Virus record (IMG/VR): IMGVR_UViG_3300037133_000055
Span: 1-61,934 of that record
DNA length: 61,934 nucleotides
Direction: 5' to 3' (one strand)
Origin: a virus
Lineage: Duplodnaviria; Caudoviricetes
The notes beneath the pieces were generated by a model, which was given only the letters and a program-made list of their open reading frames with translations, was not told where the DNA came from and made no database searches. Of the stretch, positions 18,020 to 29,100 are shown piece by piece. Position 1 is the stretch's first letter. Each line of letters opens with the position of its first letter. A program made the translations under genes and the position numbers.

Positions 18020-18790
18020 ATAGAACCTCTGATCATAGATAACAATCTGGAACACTGGGAGATACCTACTTCTGATGTTTATCCTATGCCTCAGAACGTT
18101 GTCAATGCACAGACCAGTGTGTTCGGATCTACAGTGACTCTTAATTTCGGACAGTTAGCTCCTAACTGTCGCTATGTAGTTGTAGTTACACCAGATCTTA
18201 CTGGGGTGGATGGAAGCTGCGCAGAATTTGGCGCCTACTACTTTACATCTACTTACACTCCACTGTATTGCTCTTATCAATCAGTACTCTCGGAGATTAT
18301 GGCTTTCTCAAATTTATTTACTCCACACCTTGTTTACGAAGCCATAAGAAATGCTAGCACTCAGGCAGACATGCTGATTCAGCAGGGCGGCATGGGTCCA
18401 GGGGTATCCCCCGCTCCATATAACATGAGGCCAACTCCCTATCCAACAGAGATAGTACAGTATGTAAAGTTCTGTGCTGCCTATTTACTAACTCTGCAGA
18501 TATCTATCTGGAAGAGCATGCTCAGCGGAGAGACTAAAGAACTCAATGATTTCACCGTCACCTATGGCCCCAATACTCTTGACCGGATGCTCAAGTATCT
18601 ACAGGAGGAGATGGAGCGTTGGCGTATCGCCATGAATGGATGGGCGCGAACTCGTTGGGTGGTCAGACATGGAATGATGGTACCGACTGGGTTACCAGTA
18701 CCGGGATGGTGCCGCAAACCTCTTGGCAGAGGAGAGGCTACTGGCCTCGAAGGTTCTGCTGCTGGCCGCTTTGGTGGTAGTACCTGGTGA
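18020..18790 (+). CDS. Probable head-tail adaptor/neck protein; probable ATA start
   Basis: SD GGGAGGTG then ATA directly after an in-frame TAA; YCSYQSV..AIRNAS..LNDFTVTY adaptor-like; position. Confidence 0.65.
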   Translation: MEPLIIDNNLEHWEIPTSDVYPMPQNVVNAQTSVFGSTVTLNFGQLAPNCRYVVVVTPDLTGVDGSCAEFGAYYFTSTYTPLYCSYQSVLSEIMAFSNLFTPHLVYEAIRNASTQADMLIQQGGMGPGVSPAPYNMRPTPYPTEIVQYVKFCAAYLLTLQISIWKSMLSGETKELNDFTVTYGPNTLDRMLKYLQEEMERWRIAMNGWARTRWVVRHGMMVPTGLPVPGWCRKPLGRGEATGLEGSAAGRFGGSTW

Positions 18791-19212
18791 AATTAAGAGA
18801 AGAGTTTAATAGATTCATTCGCGACAACAAGACATCAATAACCTACGTCAGGCGTAACACTCAGATCCGCTGTAAGTGCACAGATTTTTCCACACCGAAT
18901 CCTAACTGCCCAATATGTTATGGCACTGGTTGTCTGGTTAATGTGGAAAGACACCTGGCACGTAGGTCAAGATATTGGGGTTCGGACTCCATGCATGGAC
19001 TAATTCAACCTCAACCCCTCGGATACGTGGACTCCGATGCCTGGGTCTATTACCTCCAAGCAGATTCACAGCCGAAGGAAAAAGATTTAATCATCGACGA
19101 TAAGCATTACTTGATCAGGCGGGTTCACGCAGAGCGTGACGATGAGACGATAGCTTATTATCGTGTCGTGGCTGATGTCAATATTAGGGATGGTCAGAGT
19201 GATCACTTATAA
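18787..19212 (+). CDS. Probable head closure protein with a Zn-finger insert
   Basis: CKC..CPICYGTG; position. Confidence 0.6.
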   Translation: MKLREEFNRFIRDNKTSITYVRRNTQIRCKCTDFSTPNPNCPICYGTGCLVNVERHLARRSRYWGSDSMHGLIQPQPLGYVDSDAWVYYLQADSQPKEKDLIIDDKHYLIRRVHAERDDETIAYYRVVADVNIRDGQSDHL

Positions 19213-20263
19213 CAGTTCCATCTCGTACTCGATGTCACAACCCGGAAGTCAGTCAGTACTCCTGATCGGTACTGCAACTCAAGGGCCAATTCTTACTCCT
19301 GTCTGTATATCGAACCCGCAGCAGGTCGCCAATGTGTTTGGCAGTGGCCCCTTAGTAGAGGCATTCACAGATGCCTATAGTGTTGCCTCACAGTCTTTCT
19401 ATCTGGTGCGAGTGGACGTTGATAGTCCCAGCAACGAGGATTATATTGCTGCGTTAGATAATCTCCTTGGCTATCTGCTTGACCTTCCTTTCATCAACAT
19501 CTATCCAGTAGGGCTGCCTATAGACAATGTCTCAGTGATACCATTGTTAGCTACCTATAGTTATAACAGGTTACAGCGTGGCATGGATTCACTGCTAATT
19601 CTCGGGTTCGCTCCAAACACTATATCGTCATGGGATACCTACTTATTGGGATGGATGGCCGGGATACAATCTCAAGATGCATTCGTTGTTAACGAAACAG
19701 ATGTTTCTAGCTGTTTCAGTTTAGTCGGGTCTCAGTTCGTCAGGTCAGACGGTACATTAAAAAGTGCTGCCAGTATATTTGCTGGACTTATTAGCAATAA
19801 TGCACCAGATGTTAGCCTGACCAACCAGACCACTGGACTAACACAGCTTGCTAATAGCTTCACTCAAACTCAGTGCCAGGCTCTGGCAGACGCCGGTATC
19901 GTGGCCTTCTGCCAGACAGTAAGACATGGCATTGCTGTATACGATGCTGTTACATGTGCTAGTACGACTTCATCATATCATGATCTCTACTGCTACCGTA
20001 TTGCTATCGAGGTATCAGAACGTTTGAACTCCATAGATAGACAGTACCTCGGTCTTGCAGTTGGAACTCCTGTAAATGGAGTGGCAATGAATAGTGCTGT
20101 TCAGAGTGTCTTGCAACAAGCGATAACAGATAACCTGATTACGAGTTTCTCCTTTAGTTTTCAAATAGTTCCTACCTTAAATCAGGTAATGGTGACGGCA
20201 GTCATCCGTGTAGCAGGTATAACCTACAACATCGGTGTCAATACGATTGTATTTGTTACATAG
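19199..20263 (+). CDS. Tail sheath-like protein (short paralogue)
   Basis: VLLIGTATQGP..VFGSGPLV..YLVRV matches the N-terminus of the 20870 sheath; sheath-like C-terminus; GTG start at 19199 inferred from SD. Confidence 0.7.
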   Translation: MITYNSSISYSMSQPGSQSVLLIGTATQGPILTPVCISNPQQVANVFGSGPLVEAFTDAYSVASQSFYLVRVDVDSPSNEDYIAALDNLLGYLLDLPFINIYPVGLPIDNVSVIPLLATYSYNRLQRGMDSLLILGFAPNTISSWDTYLLGWMAGIQSQDAFVVNETDVSSCFSLVGSQFVRSDGTLKSAASIFAGLISNNAPDVSLTNQTTGLTQLANSFTQTQCQALADAGIVAFCQTVRHGIAVYDAVTCASTTSSYHDLYCYRIAIEVSERLNSIDRQYLGLAVGTPVNGVAMNSAVQSVLQQAITDNLITSFSFSFQIVPTLNQVMVTAVIRVAGITYNIGVNTIVFVT

Positions 20264-20277
20264 GTGGTGACAAGAGC

Positions 20278-20844
20278 TTGATCGATCGTACAAAAGTTAT
20301 CCCAAGGTTACGAGCAAATACTCCAATGGATATGGCTGGCATGATCGATATGATCATCGCTCTCTGGCAAGAGGTTGGCAACAACGAAGTGGTTATGAAG
20401 TTTGCTGACATGAGTAAGTGGGAAGATTATCCTTGCGTTACTCTTCGAACAATCAGTTCAGTCTTACCCACCGACCAGAGAGAGCGTCGTCCAAGACATA
20501 GAGAGACAATTATTGACCCTGAGAGACAAGACGAATTTATTGAGATGCTTGGCCAGGTTCGAGAGAACATCATCGAGTTCAAGATCTATGCGCTTACGCC
20601 TGATGAGGCTGACATCTTGCATGAAAAGTTTGAAGACTTTCTGTTTATCTATACACCACACTTTACGCAGCAGGGTATTCAGAAATTCTATTTTTATAGG
20701 CAACTTGAAGATGGCCTGATTACTGAATGGCACAATCCAGTTATTACTAGGACTGTACAGTATCAGGTGCGCATTGAAAGAGTAACCTTTGTTCGCATGG
20801 GTGAACTCAACGATATTCATATTAGCATACAGCACCCGCTTTAA
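20278..20844 (+). CDS. Probable tail terminator/completion protein
   Basis: Immediately before the sheath; YPCVT..IEFKIYA..EAD pattern. Confidence 0.6.
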   Translation: MIDRTKVIPRLRANTPMDMAGMIDMIIALWQEVGNNEVVMKFADMSKWEDYPCVTLRTISSVLPTDQRERRPRHRETIIDPERQDEFIEMLGQVRENIIEFKIYALTPDEADILHEKFEDFLFIYTPHFTQQGIQKFYFYRQLEDGLITEWHNPVITRTVQYQVRIERVTFVRMGELNDIHISIQHPL

Positions 20845-20869
20845 TGTTGGGTGCTTTATATAAAGGAGA

Positions 20870-23155
20870 GTGGTTATATTGATGATCCAGGATCTTTCTA
20901 ACATTCCTGGTTTCCAGAATACTTATAACGATTACAATCTGCAGGCCGCATCTACTGTAACATCTAGCTCTAGTACAGCTAGTGTACTTCTGATTGGTAC
21001 TGCGCTAGATGGTCCCGTAGGTCCGTATGCGGTTCAACGTATATCTGATGTTGATTCCTTGTTCGGATCTCAAGTAGATTCTAACGGCATGCCTAATGGA
21101 AAGAGTCTAGTTCGTGCAGCGCATGAAAATTATGCTGCTGGTTGCACCAGCATTTATCTGATGCGTGTTGGTGGTTCTCAGGCTACTGGTAGTTTGTCTG
21201 GGACAGCTATCAGTGAAACTCTTACCACTGAAATAGCAGAGACCGTTGGTAATATTGCCGGTAATGCCATTACTGTAATTTCTCTGATTATTCCCACTGG
21301 TGGTGCATTAGTAACAGAGAGTGTTGTTGTTACTGTCGGTGGAGAATCTGTTGGCTCTGGCATTACAGTTGACAGTGTTGGTAACACTGTTACTCTTGCT
21401 AGTGGAAGCTTCTCAGCTGGTGCTGCAGTTTACATTACCTATCAGTATACTATTGTTACAAACTCAGAAGTAGTTGTAAACGAAGATGCTTTGGTCGACA
21501 GCGCGACAACCTTCTATGTACAGCACAGTAACGTAGAGACGGCTACTTTAGTAGTTAGTGTAGGCGGTACGGTAGCATCTTCATCCAGGTATACCTTTAC
21601 TGCAGCATCCAACAAGATCGTATTTTCTACTGCTCCTACTGGAACAGTTACGGCATCTTATACCTATGACATCGTGTCTACCGCCTCGACGTTTGTCAAT
21701 GGTGTTGTTGCAGGTAGCACTAACATCTTCAGTCTTTCAGAGGTACCTATCTCTGGATCGATGGTTGTTACGGTCGGTAGCACTGTTATCGATCCTTCTA
21801 CTTATAACGTTGTTACTGTAGATCAGAAGCTCTTTGTGAATGCAGGTGTCGGTAATATGGGCGACGCAGTTGTTGCCGATTACGATTATCTTGCAAGCGG
21901 TAGTATTATTCCTACTTTGAATATCACAAGTAAGTACAGCGGTTCTTTGTACAATACTGTAACTGCGTCCATTGCTTATGTTGGTTCGCTTGGAACGTTA
22001 ACTCTTACGGCTCCTACTTCCAAAGGTGGCGCCAGTGTTTCGATTGTGATTAATAAGTACGCATCGATAGCTCAGCTTATTAATGCTATCAATGCCAGTG
22101 CTGCAAGTTCTTTTTGTACTGTATCGACTAATGTCGCATCTTTGGCTCCGACAGTACTGAGTGCTGGCTATGTCCAACTTTCTCAGGGTACTGATGGACC
22201 TAGCGACTTTGATGTTACCTTCAAGTCTCAGATGTATACACTGTTGGATGCGGCGTATACTCAGCTAATCAACTTCCACGCTGACTTTGTGCTTCCTCTC
22301 GATGTATACTTTGGCGATCCTGCGCCTGGCAATTGTGACTTTGTACAACAGTTGGCTCAGTTTACTGCTATCAGTTCTATGGTAAACAGAAGCACTCACG
22401 GCATCATCAGTGTTGCGCCGGTTGCTTCGGTGAGTAGCTTGGCCGATGTTGCCAATTATGTTGCCGGTCTCAGCGTACCTGGTGTCAACCTGCATTACCT
22501 GCAAGATGATTCTGGTAATAACGTGTTTGATGCCAATGGCAACCTGATCGATATCGGACGCTTTATCTCTGTTGTTGCTGGCCCTGACATCATTGTCCAG
22601 AACACTCAGCTTGGTATCTATGGAACACCTGGAGCAGTCCTCTACGCAGGATACATTTCCACTCTACCTGTGAACCAAGGACCAGTTGGCCAGTCGATCC
22701 CGAATACCTACGGATTGCGTTACAATCTATCACTCGCTCAAGTCAATCAACTACTTAAACTGCAGTATGTATGCTTCTATACTCCGGCGAATCAGGCTGC
22801 CCCTTCTCCTGTAGTGATTGCAGATGGTCTGACGGCCGCAGGTCCTACCTCTGACTATCGTAGACTGACTACTGTTCGTGTGGTGGCTGGTGTCGTTGAT
22901 GTAATCATGACTACCTGCAAACCATTCCTAGGTCTGCCGAACTCTCCTCAGAATCAGGGAGCTATGACCACAGCTATTAAAGCTCAATTCACCAAGTTGA
23001 TTGCTGCTGGTGTATTACTAACACCGAGTACGTTCACTATCTATGCTAGTGTGCAGAACGCACTTCTGTCTACAGCATTGATTGATGTATCTTTGTATGT
23101 ACCGCTCGAACTGGCTCATATCCAGACCACAATCACTCTGCAGCCAGCAGTCTAA
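20870..23155 (+). CDS. Tail sheath protein with beta-rich insertions
   Basis: VLLIGTALDGPV, IYLMRVG, DGLT..SDYRRLTTVRV; true start probably 20876-20882. Confidence 0.85.
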   Translation: MVILMIQDLSNIPGFQNTYNDYNLQAASTVTSSSSTASVLLIGTALDGPVGPYAVQRISDVDSLFGSQVDSNGMPNGKSLVRAAHENYAAGCTSIYLMRVGGSQATGSLSGTAISETLTTEIAETVGNIAGNAITVISLIIPTGGALVTESVVVTVGGESVGSGITVDSVGNTVTLASGSFSAGAAVYITYQYTIVTNSEVVVNEDALVDSATTFYVQHSNVETATLVVSVGGTVASSSRYTFTAASNKIVFSTAPTGTVTASYTYDIVSTASTFVNGVVAGSTNIFSLSEVPISGSMVVTVGSTVIDPSTYNVVTVDQKLFVNAGVGNMGDAVVADYDYLASGSIIPTLNITSKYSGSLYNTVTASIAYVGSLGTLTLTAPTSKGGASVSIVINKYASIAQLINAINASAASSFCTVSTNVASLAPTVLSAGYVQLSQGTDGPSDFDVTFKSQMYTLLDAAYTQLINFHADFVLPLDVYFGDPAPGNCDFVQQLAQFTAISSMVNRSTHGIISVAPVASVSSLADVANYVAGLSVPGVNLHYLQDDSGNNVFDANGNLIDIGRFISVVAGPDIIVQNTQLGIYGTPGAVLYAGYISTLPVNQGPVGQSIPNTYGLRYNLSLAQVNQLLKLQYVCFYTPANQAAPSPVVIADGLTAAGPTSDYRRLTTVRVVAGVVDVIMTTCKPFLGLPNSPQNQGAMTTAIKAQFTKLIAAGVLLTPSTFTIYASVQNALLSTALIDVSLYVPLELAHIQTTITLQPAV

Positions 23156-23163
23156 GCCCAACC

Positions 23164-23192
23164 AGGGGAGGGATTACCCTCCCCTTTATATT
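23164..23192 (+). terminator. Intrinsic terminator after sheath gene
   Basis: AGGGGAGGG/CCCTCCCCT stem then TTATATT. Confidence 0.7.
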
Positions 23193-23222
23193 AAAACTTT
23201 TTAATTAAGGAGTGATTCGTAA

Positions 23223-23894
23223 GTGTCGGCTATTTCTAGCACAACTGCTTCTACCACGTTAGACACATACACCAAAACGTATACTTCGTTTTCTGGTGCT
23301 GACATTGTAGCTACGTTTAATAACGTGGTTATCGGAGAACTACAGGCCATTAGTTATACAGTAAACAGGGAAAAAGCACCGATTTACACTATGGGGAGCC
23401 CTGACCCCAGATCCTTCTCACGAGGTAAACGAGGAGTCGGTGGTTCTCTTGTTTTCGTGTTCTTTGACAGAGATGCATTACTTGATGCACTGACTGGGCT
23501 GACTGCTACTGGCCAGAGCGGCAATACTGCTCAGGCAATTCAGACGTTTGCTGCTAATGCGGCTGACTACCAGAACAATATCCTGCAGACAGCCTTAAGC
23601 GATCAGGGTTATGCCGGTATCAACTCATGGGATACTACGATGAGTAACAGTGGATACAGTAACCTTACGACTACCATTACCCCGGTGTATGTCGATCAGC
23701 TTCTGCCCTTCAATGTTGCTGTCCACTTTGCAAATGAGTATGGCCAGATGGCGCAACTTGATATCCTTGACGTAGAGATCTTGAATAACGGGATGTCTCT
23801 CTCTATTGACGATGTAGTGACTGAACAAGTGATGAGCTTCGTGGCCAGGAGTGTTACCGCTCCACAGCCTGTTACGCAATTCCTTGGTGGTTAA
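23223..23894 (+). CDS. Tail tube protein
   Basis: Follows the sheath; SFSGADI..GELQAISY..REKAPIY..RGKRGVGGSL. Confidence 0.75.
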   Translation: MSAISSTTASTTLDTYTKTYTSFSGADIVATFNNVVIGELQAISYTVNREKAPIYTMGSPDPRSFSRGKRGVGGSLVFVFFDRDALLDALTGLTATGQSGNTAQAIQTFAANAADYQNNILQTALSDQGYAGINSWDTTMSNSGYSNLTTTITPVYVDQLLPFNVAVHFANEYGQMAQLDILDVEILNNGMSLSIDDVVTEQVMSFVARSVTAPQPVTQFLGG

Positions 23895-24391
23895 TGTCTA
23901 CAAATTCTCTCATCACTAAACAGTACAATAGTTTCTCGGGTGCTGATATCACTTCAAGCTTTAACATTCAGCAAGCTGATGGAACTTATAGTCACGTGGC
24001 CTTCGGAGAGATATCTACAATATCATATTCATTGTTCACACCGACCAAGCCAGTCCGAGCTCTTGGTTACCGAGCCCCCAAAGCATATACTACGGGGGCT
24101 CGGCTCATAGCCGGATCACTGGTGTTTATTATCTTCGACCATCATATGATCTATGATCTCTGGAATAATGCTTTCGAAGATCGCACATTGATTGATGAAC
24201 TCCCTCCATTTGATGTAACCGTATCATTTTCTAACGAGTATGGGGATCAGTCAAGTCTCAGACTTTATGGTCTGAGGTTACTTGAAGAGGGACAGACGAT
24301 GAGTGTGAGTGACATCTATACAGAGCAGACATTCAGGTTCATGGCTCAGGATATTGCTTATCTGAATCCACTAAATACAGGGAGTGGGTAA
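23894..24391 (+). CDS. Tube-like paralogue
   Basis: Shares SFSGADI, GEI..ISY, GSLVF, LPPF.V..F.NEYG with 23223. Confidence 0.7.
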   Translation: MSTNSLITKQYNSFSGADITSSFNIQQADGTYSHVAFGEISTISYSLFTPTKPVRALGYRAPKAYTTGARLIAGSLVFIIFDHHMIYDLWNNAFEDRTLIDELPPFDVTVSFSNEYGDQSSLRLYGLRLLEEGQTMSVSDIYTEQTFRFMAQDIAYLNPLNTGSG

Positions 24392-24393
24392 TC

Positions 24394-25245
24394 ATGGCTT
24401 CAGCATCCCCTACGATGTTCTACGATAGTACATCTATAGCTGCCGGTAATGGTAGTCCAGGGAATCTGAACTTACTGACATTCACTCCTGAGTATTTTGC
24501 TGGAGCTGACATCAGTATCTACATAGGAGATCAGTTCTTTGATGAAGTAGTAAGTCTGCAATTTGGTATGGTACAACAGAATCAACCTGTATTTTCGTAT
24601 GCTTCGTACACCTATGATGCATTAGCCATAGGGACAAGGAACATACAAGGAACCTTCAGTATTAACTTTAGAGATCCATTATACATTGATAATAAACTTG
24701 CACTGAATGCAAATGCTTCGGTAATTCAAGATTCTGTATTCACATATAACAACACGTTGTTAGGATCACTGCAGTCAAACTCTATAATCTGCACCAAGTA
24801 TCCTGATCTGGTCGGAGCTACTACAATCCCAACGGATGTGATGTTAGCTATTGCCACTGGCACAGATGATGATATCAATAACATTGTTAACGGACTTACC
24901 GCTTACAATTGGAATAGTAGTGATGAGTCTACACTGTTAGATACTCAACACATGTTACCATTTCTTAATCAGACATTCGATATTGTTATTGCGTATGGAG
25001 AGATTCCCCATGTCAATGATTACAATACAACGCTGGGCGGCTCGTATGATAGCAGCATGGGCACGATCAATACTGCATTCAATCTATTAAGCAACCTTGG
25101 TCCAGCAATTATGCTCAGCCAGGTTCAAATAACTGGTGTTTTTCAGAATACTTCCATTGAAGACGATGGTCTCAATCTGCTTGAGGCATATAACTTCGTA
25201 GCTAAAGATCTTATAAAACAACCAACAGTTGGAACATCATCATAG
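24394..25245 (+). CDS. Tube-like paralogue (possible baseplate tube initiator)
   Basis: FAGADI..GTRNIQGTFSINF..FDIVI..YNFVAKD. Confidence 0.6.
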   Translation: MASASPTMFYDSTSIAAGNGSPGNLNLLTFTPEYFAGADISIYIGDQFFDEVVSLQFGMVQQNQPVFSYASYTYDALAIGTRNIQGTFSINFRDPLYIDNKLALNANASVIQDSVFTYNNTLLGSLQSNSIICTKYPDLVGATTIPTDVMLAIATGTDDDINNIVNGLTAYNWNSSDESTLLDTQHMLPFLNQTFDIVIAYGEIPHVNDYNTTLGGSYDSSMGTINTAFNLLSNLGPAIMLSQVQITGVFQNTSIEDDGLNLLEAYNFVAKDLIKQPTVGTSS

Positions 25246-25259
25246 GAGGACGAGAGTTT

Positions 25260-25580
25260 ATGGAAGAAGATTTGAAAGATAAGTTGATTGATGACGAGAT
25301 GTTGATCTTGTTGAAGGAACAGTTCGGCAAGGTGTTCAAATCAGAGTTTAGTATCGGATCTTTTGCCTGGCGCATTCTCGGACGAAAGGAATATAAAGAG
25401 ATTACCGAAGACGACAAGCTCACTATCTTTGCCCGTGAGGAAGCTATCTGTACGAAGTGCGTACTAGCGCCAGAAGGTTTTGATTTCACTAATGGGGCAG
25501 CCGGAGTAGCTACTGTACTTTCAGAACAGATCATGGATGCATCTGGGTTCCTTGCATTGAACAGACCGCAGGAGATCTAA
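25260..25580 (+). CDS. Tail assembly chaperone
   Basis: Small acidic protein between tube genes and the giant ORF; FAWRILGRKEYK. Confidence 0.65.
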   Translation: MEEDLKDKLIDDEMLILLKEQFGKVFKSEFSIGSFAWRILGRKEYKEITEDDKLTIFAREEAICTKCVLAPEGFDFTNGAAGVATVLSEQIMDASGFLALNRPQEI

Positions 25581-25581
25581 C

Positions 25582-26103
25582 ATGGCCGATATGAGTGCCG
25601 AGGATGAAGCCTATCTCAAGAAACAATATGATCGATACGGTTTCCTTGGTGTAACTGAGATCACTGACATCGAGTTCGCCTGGCGACGGCTTACTCGTGG
25701 AGAGTATAAGTCGTTGGTTAATCTTGGACTGTCTGATGAGGACAGCGAGGATTGGATCTGTGAACGATGTGTAGTATTCCCCGAGAACTTTGGTTTCAGT
25801 ACAGGAGCTGCCGGTATCCCCACAACTTTATCTAGGGAAATACTAGAGGGGTCATTCTTTGTTATTGATTTAAAACCCGGGCAGAGTAGTCCTGGTCGCG
25901 ACCTGTTGTTAGAGTTCCGTAATGAGATGGAATCGTTCGAGAACCAGATTGACTGCATTATTGCAGAAGCTTTTCCGTCACTTTCAATTGAGGAGATTGC
26001 CGACTGGACCGTCGATAAAACTATGTTTTACCTTTCTAGGGCTGAGTGGACACTGCATCATCTGCGTAACCTGCCGTTGGTGGAGGTCGAATCAGAAAAA
26101 TAG
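25582..26103 (+). CDS. Tail assembly chaperone paralogue
   Basis: FAWRRLTRGEYK..ICERCV..GAAGIPT aligns with the previous ORF. Confidence 0.65.
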   Translation: MADMSAEDEAYLKKQYDRYGFLGVTEITDIEFAWRRLTRGEYKSLVNLGLSDEDSEDWICERCVVFPENFGFSTGAAGIPTTLSREILEGSFFVIDLKPGQSSPGRDLLLEFRNEMESFENQIDCIIAEAFPSLSIEEIADWTVDKTMFYLSRAEWTLHHLRNLPLVEVESEK

Positions 26104-26106
26104 GGG

Positions 26107-29100
26107 ATGCAGATGTCCGTACTTAGATCTAATCAATACCTACAATCGAATTCAAATAGAGATATGTCTGATCACGATCAGGACGATCTCAGACCTACGG
26201 CCCCCAGCCCAGTTCCTAAACTATTACTGGGGGCCGCTATATTAGGCGGAGCATTTGCTTTAGCATCTCGTACCAGACTACTGGATACAGTTGCAGAAAA
26301 GCTGATGCCTCGCCTATTGTCAGTTGGAGAGGCAGCTGGTAAATACCTACAGACGAGGAACTCCACACTTGATCCTCGTAAAATTATCCCTGACTTATTA
26401 GGAGAATTGAAATCATTCAGAGGTGCCTATCGAAGTACTCTGGCCTCTCGTCTGGATTACCATAAGGGATTGTTTGAAGATCTCCTGAAACAAAAAGAAG
26501 GCATGATGAAATCAACATTGTCTAATAGCTGGAGTGATGCTATTAGACAGCAAGAGATATACAAGCAGATGACTGGTGCTGGTATGTCTCAGGATATGTT
26601 TGATTTTGTAGGACAGATGAATGCCCAGACTGTAACCAGTCTTAACCGTGATTCGCTTATTGAGTTGTCTAACTCAAAAGGATATAAGTTTGGAGAGTCT
26701 GGTCTTGACGATCTGTTTGGGATCATAAATCCTCTTCAACGGGGGAAGTTTGGTACTGGAGAGTACTATGACAAGCTCCGCAAGGAAGCCAACTCTTTCA
26801 TGGTTGGTGGCATTAAGAGAACCCTTACTCCTGAGAATGGCTGGAAGAATATTATGACCGGTGCTAGACCGGCTACAGTCTCAGAAGTATTGGCTGACAG
26901 TAATTTTAACATGCCAAAAGAAGCTAGAATGCAGCTTGCTGCTCACGTTAATAGAGATAAAGAATACGCCGGTCTTACGTATGATCCCAATGTCCTGTTC
27001 CGTGGTGGACGCGTAGCTGACTGGCGCTCATTCAATGATATGTACAACAAGACCCTCGAGTGGTGGGAAAAAACCATGCCTGGGCGTCTGCTACATATAC
27101 GTGATGCCAGAGAACGTAGCCTTGCTCCAGTTATGAAGATATTGAAGCGTGGCGATATTCATCCAGTAGTGACAGGTGATAATTTACCACTGCAGGAAGA
27201 TCTCTTGTACGCTGGTGGCAAGCTTACACGAGCAATCAATCCTGTCCAACAGTATGCCGGCGACTACGAGATGACCAATGCTCAGTATGGATTGATTCCT
27301 CGTATCTTAAAGCACATGGCAAACGTGGGCGTGACATCAAGAGCTACTACCAGATGGTATGACAAGAGTATATTTGGCCGTGCTCGTAGTTTACTGGACA
27401 TTGGCTACTCTACATCACCTACTATCCTTGGTAAGTTCAAGGGGTTCTGGAGTAAGTTCGGAGATCCTGATTGGTATCGCAATGCAGTTGATGGCGCAGC
27501 CAAACCAGGATCTACCTTCGATGCTTCTACAGTACATAACCTTAATAAGTTCTTCCATGTGTCAACCCCGGCAGTAACAGAACGTGCGCTAAATGTCTTT
27601 GCAAAACTTCATGGATATGACGAGCCATTAGATAGTTTTCAGGATTCATATAGATTACTTTCTTCGATAGCTAGCGGCAAAGGATACAATGGACCATTAA
27701 AGTCCCTATATAATTTCGGAAAGAACTCTTCAAAAGAATTAGAGAACCAACTGCAGATTCTCGGTGGCAGTCAGAAGCTTGGACTGTTTGAAGATAAGCT
27801 CCATCATGCGCTTAATGGTAGAGATATTATCAACAGAGAGATTGCCAAGGAGATTGTAAGACTTCAGGTAGAAAAAGAGCATGGATATGTAACAACTCTT
27901 GATTACCTCAAGCGACAAAAGGAAGGCATCAAGGGAGCCGATGGAAAGTTTACTGGTGGCGGTTGGCTTAATGGCAAAGACTATGAAGTAGCTAAACAAC
28001 TCGTAATGGCATCTGCCTACAAAGATGCCACCAGTGGTTTCGATAGTGGTGATGCAAAACTACGTGCCGAGGCTGTTGCCAGGGCTGAACGTTTATTCAG
28101 AGATGATGTTGTTCCCGGGTTCGTAGATAATGTGCACAAGTGGGCAAGAAGTAACTATCCACTATACAGTAGTAAGATCGGTGGAGGTATGTCCACTGAG
28201 GAGTTAATGGGCCAGAGTAGTGGTGGTGAGTCTGCTGGCGAAGAGAAAGAGTTCTTTGGATCTCGCTATACTGTATTAAAGAAACGCCCAAGAATTGATG
28301 ATGCAGTTACTGCCCTTAGAAAACAGAATGACTGGACCAAGCTCTATGCTTTTGTCAAGCAGCCATTTGAAGGACGGCAGGACTTAACGCAACTTACTTA
28401 TAATACGGTACGTCCTCTCAGTCCCTACCACCTGATGTGGCGTATGTCTGAGGAGCTTAATGAATACGGGCTCGGTTTCTCAGGCAAGAGTAACAGCAAT
28501 TTCTGGAGTGTGTTCGGAGCTTTTGCCCTTAAGAGATTTGCACCAATAGCAGCTAGCATTAGTGCAGCGCAGTATCTTAACTGGGAAACAGGTAACCTCA
28601 CTGGTTACGACATGCACCAGCGCTGGCAGCGAACGATTGCCCGTACTCATCTGATGTTTGCACCTAACGAGATGAGAGCAGCACATAAGCGTCACATCTA
28701 TGCCATGTACCCCTATATCGAACAGATGGAATACTGGCCGATGAAAGGTTCACCTTGGGTTGGCAACATGTTCTCGTATCCCTTGATGGGTATCGGCACA
28801 TCACGCCCAATGTCTAAGGGTGAGCTAGAGGACTATTATACCCGCGGAAATCAGCCAATGCGTAAGGGTCGTTACTGGGCCATTGGTTCCCGCTCTCCGT
28901 GGTGGGGCGATAAGACCACCTACTATTATCCAAACGACTATAAGATGGCAATGAGTAAGTGGCAGGATTCATCTACCGCCCTTCCAGGTAGGATTCGCTG
29001 GAGTCATAGCTGGATGCCTAATCTCAGATATCCATTGGCTCCTATCAATAGAATCATGCAGCCATACTACTACGAATCCTACCATTACAATGATCGTCCC

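Noticed and set aside
25260-26103. Programmed -1 frameshift between tail chaperones
   Set aside because: The second ORF has its own SD and ATG and repeats the whole first domain; I saw no convincing slippery site.
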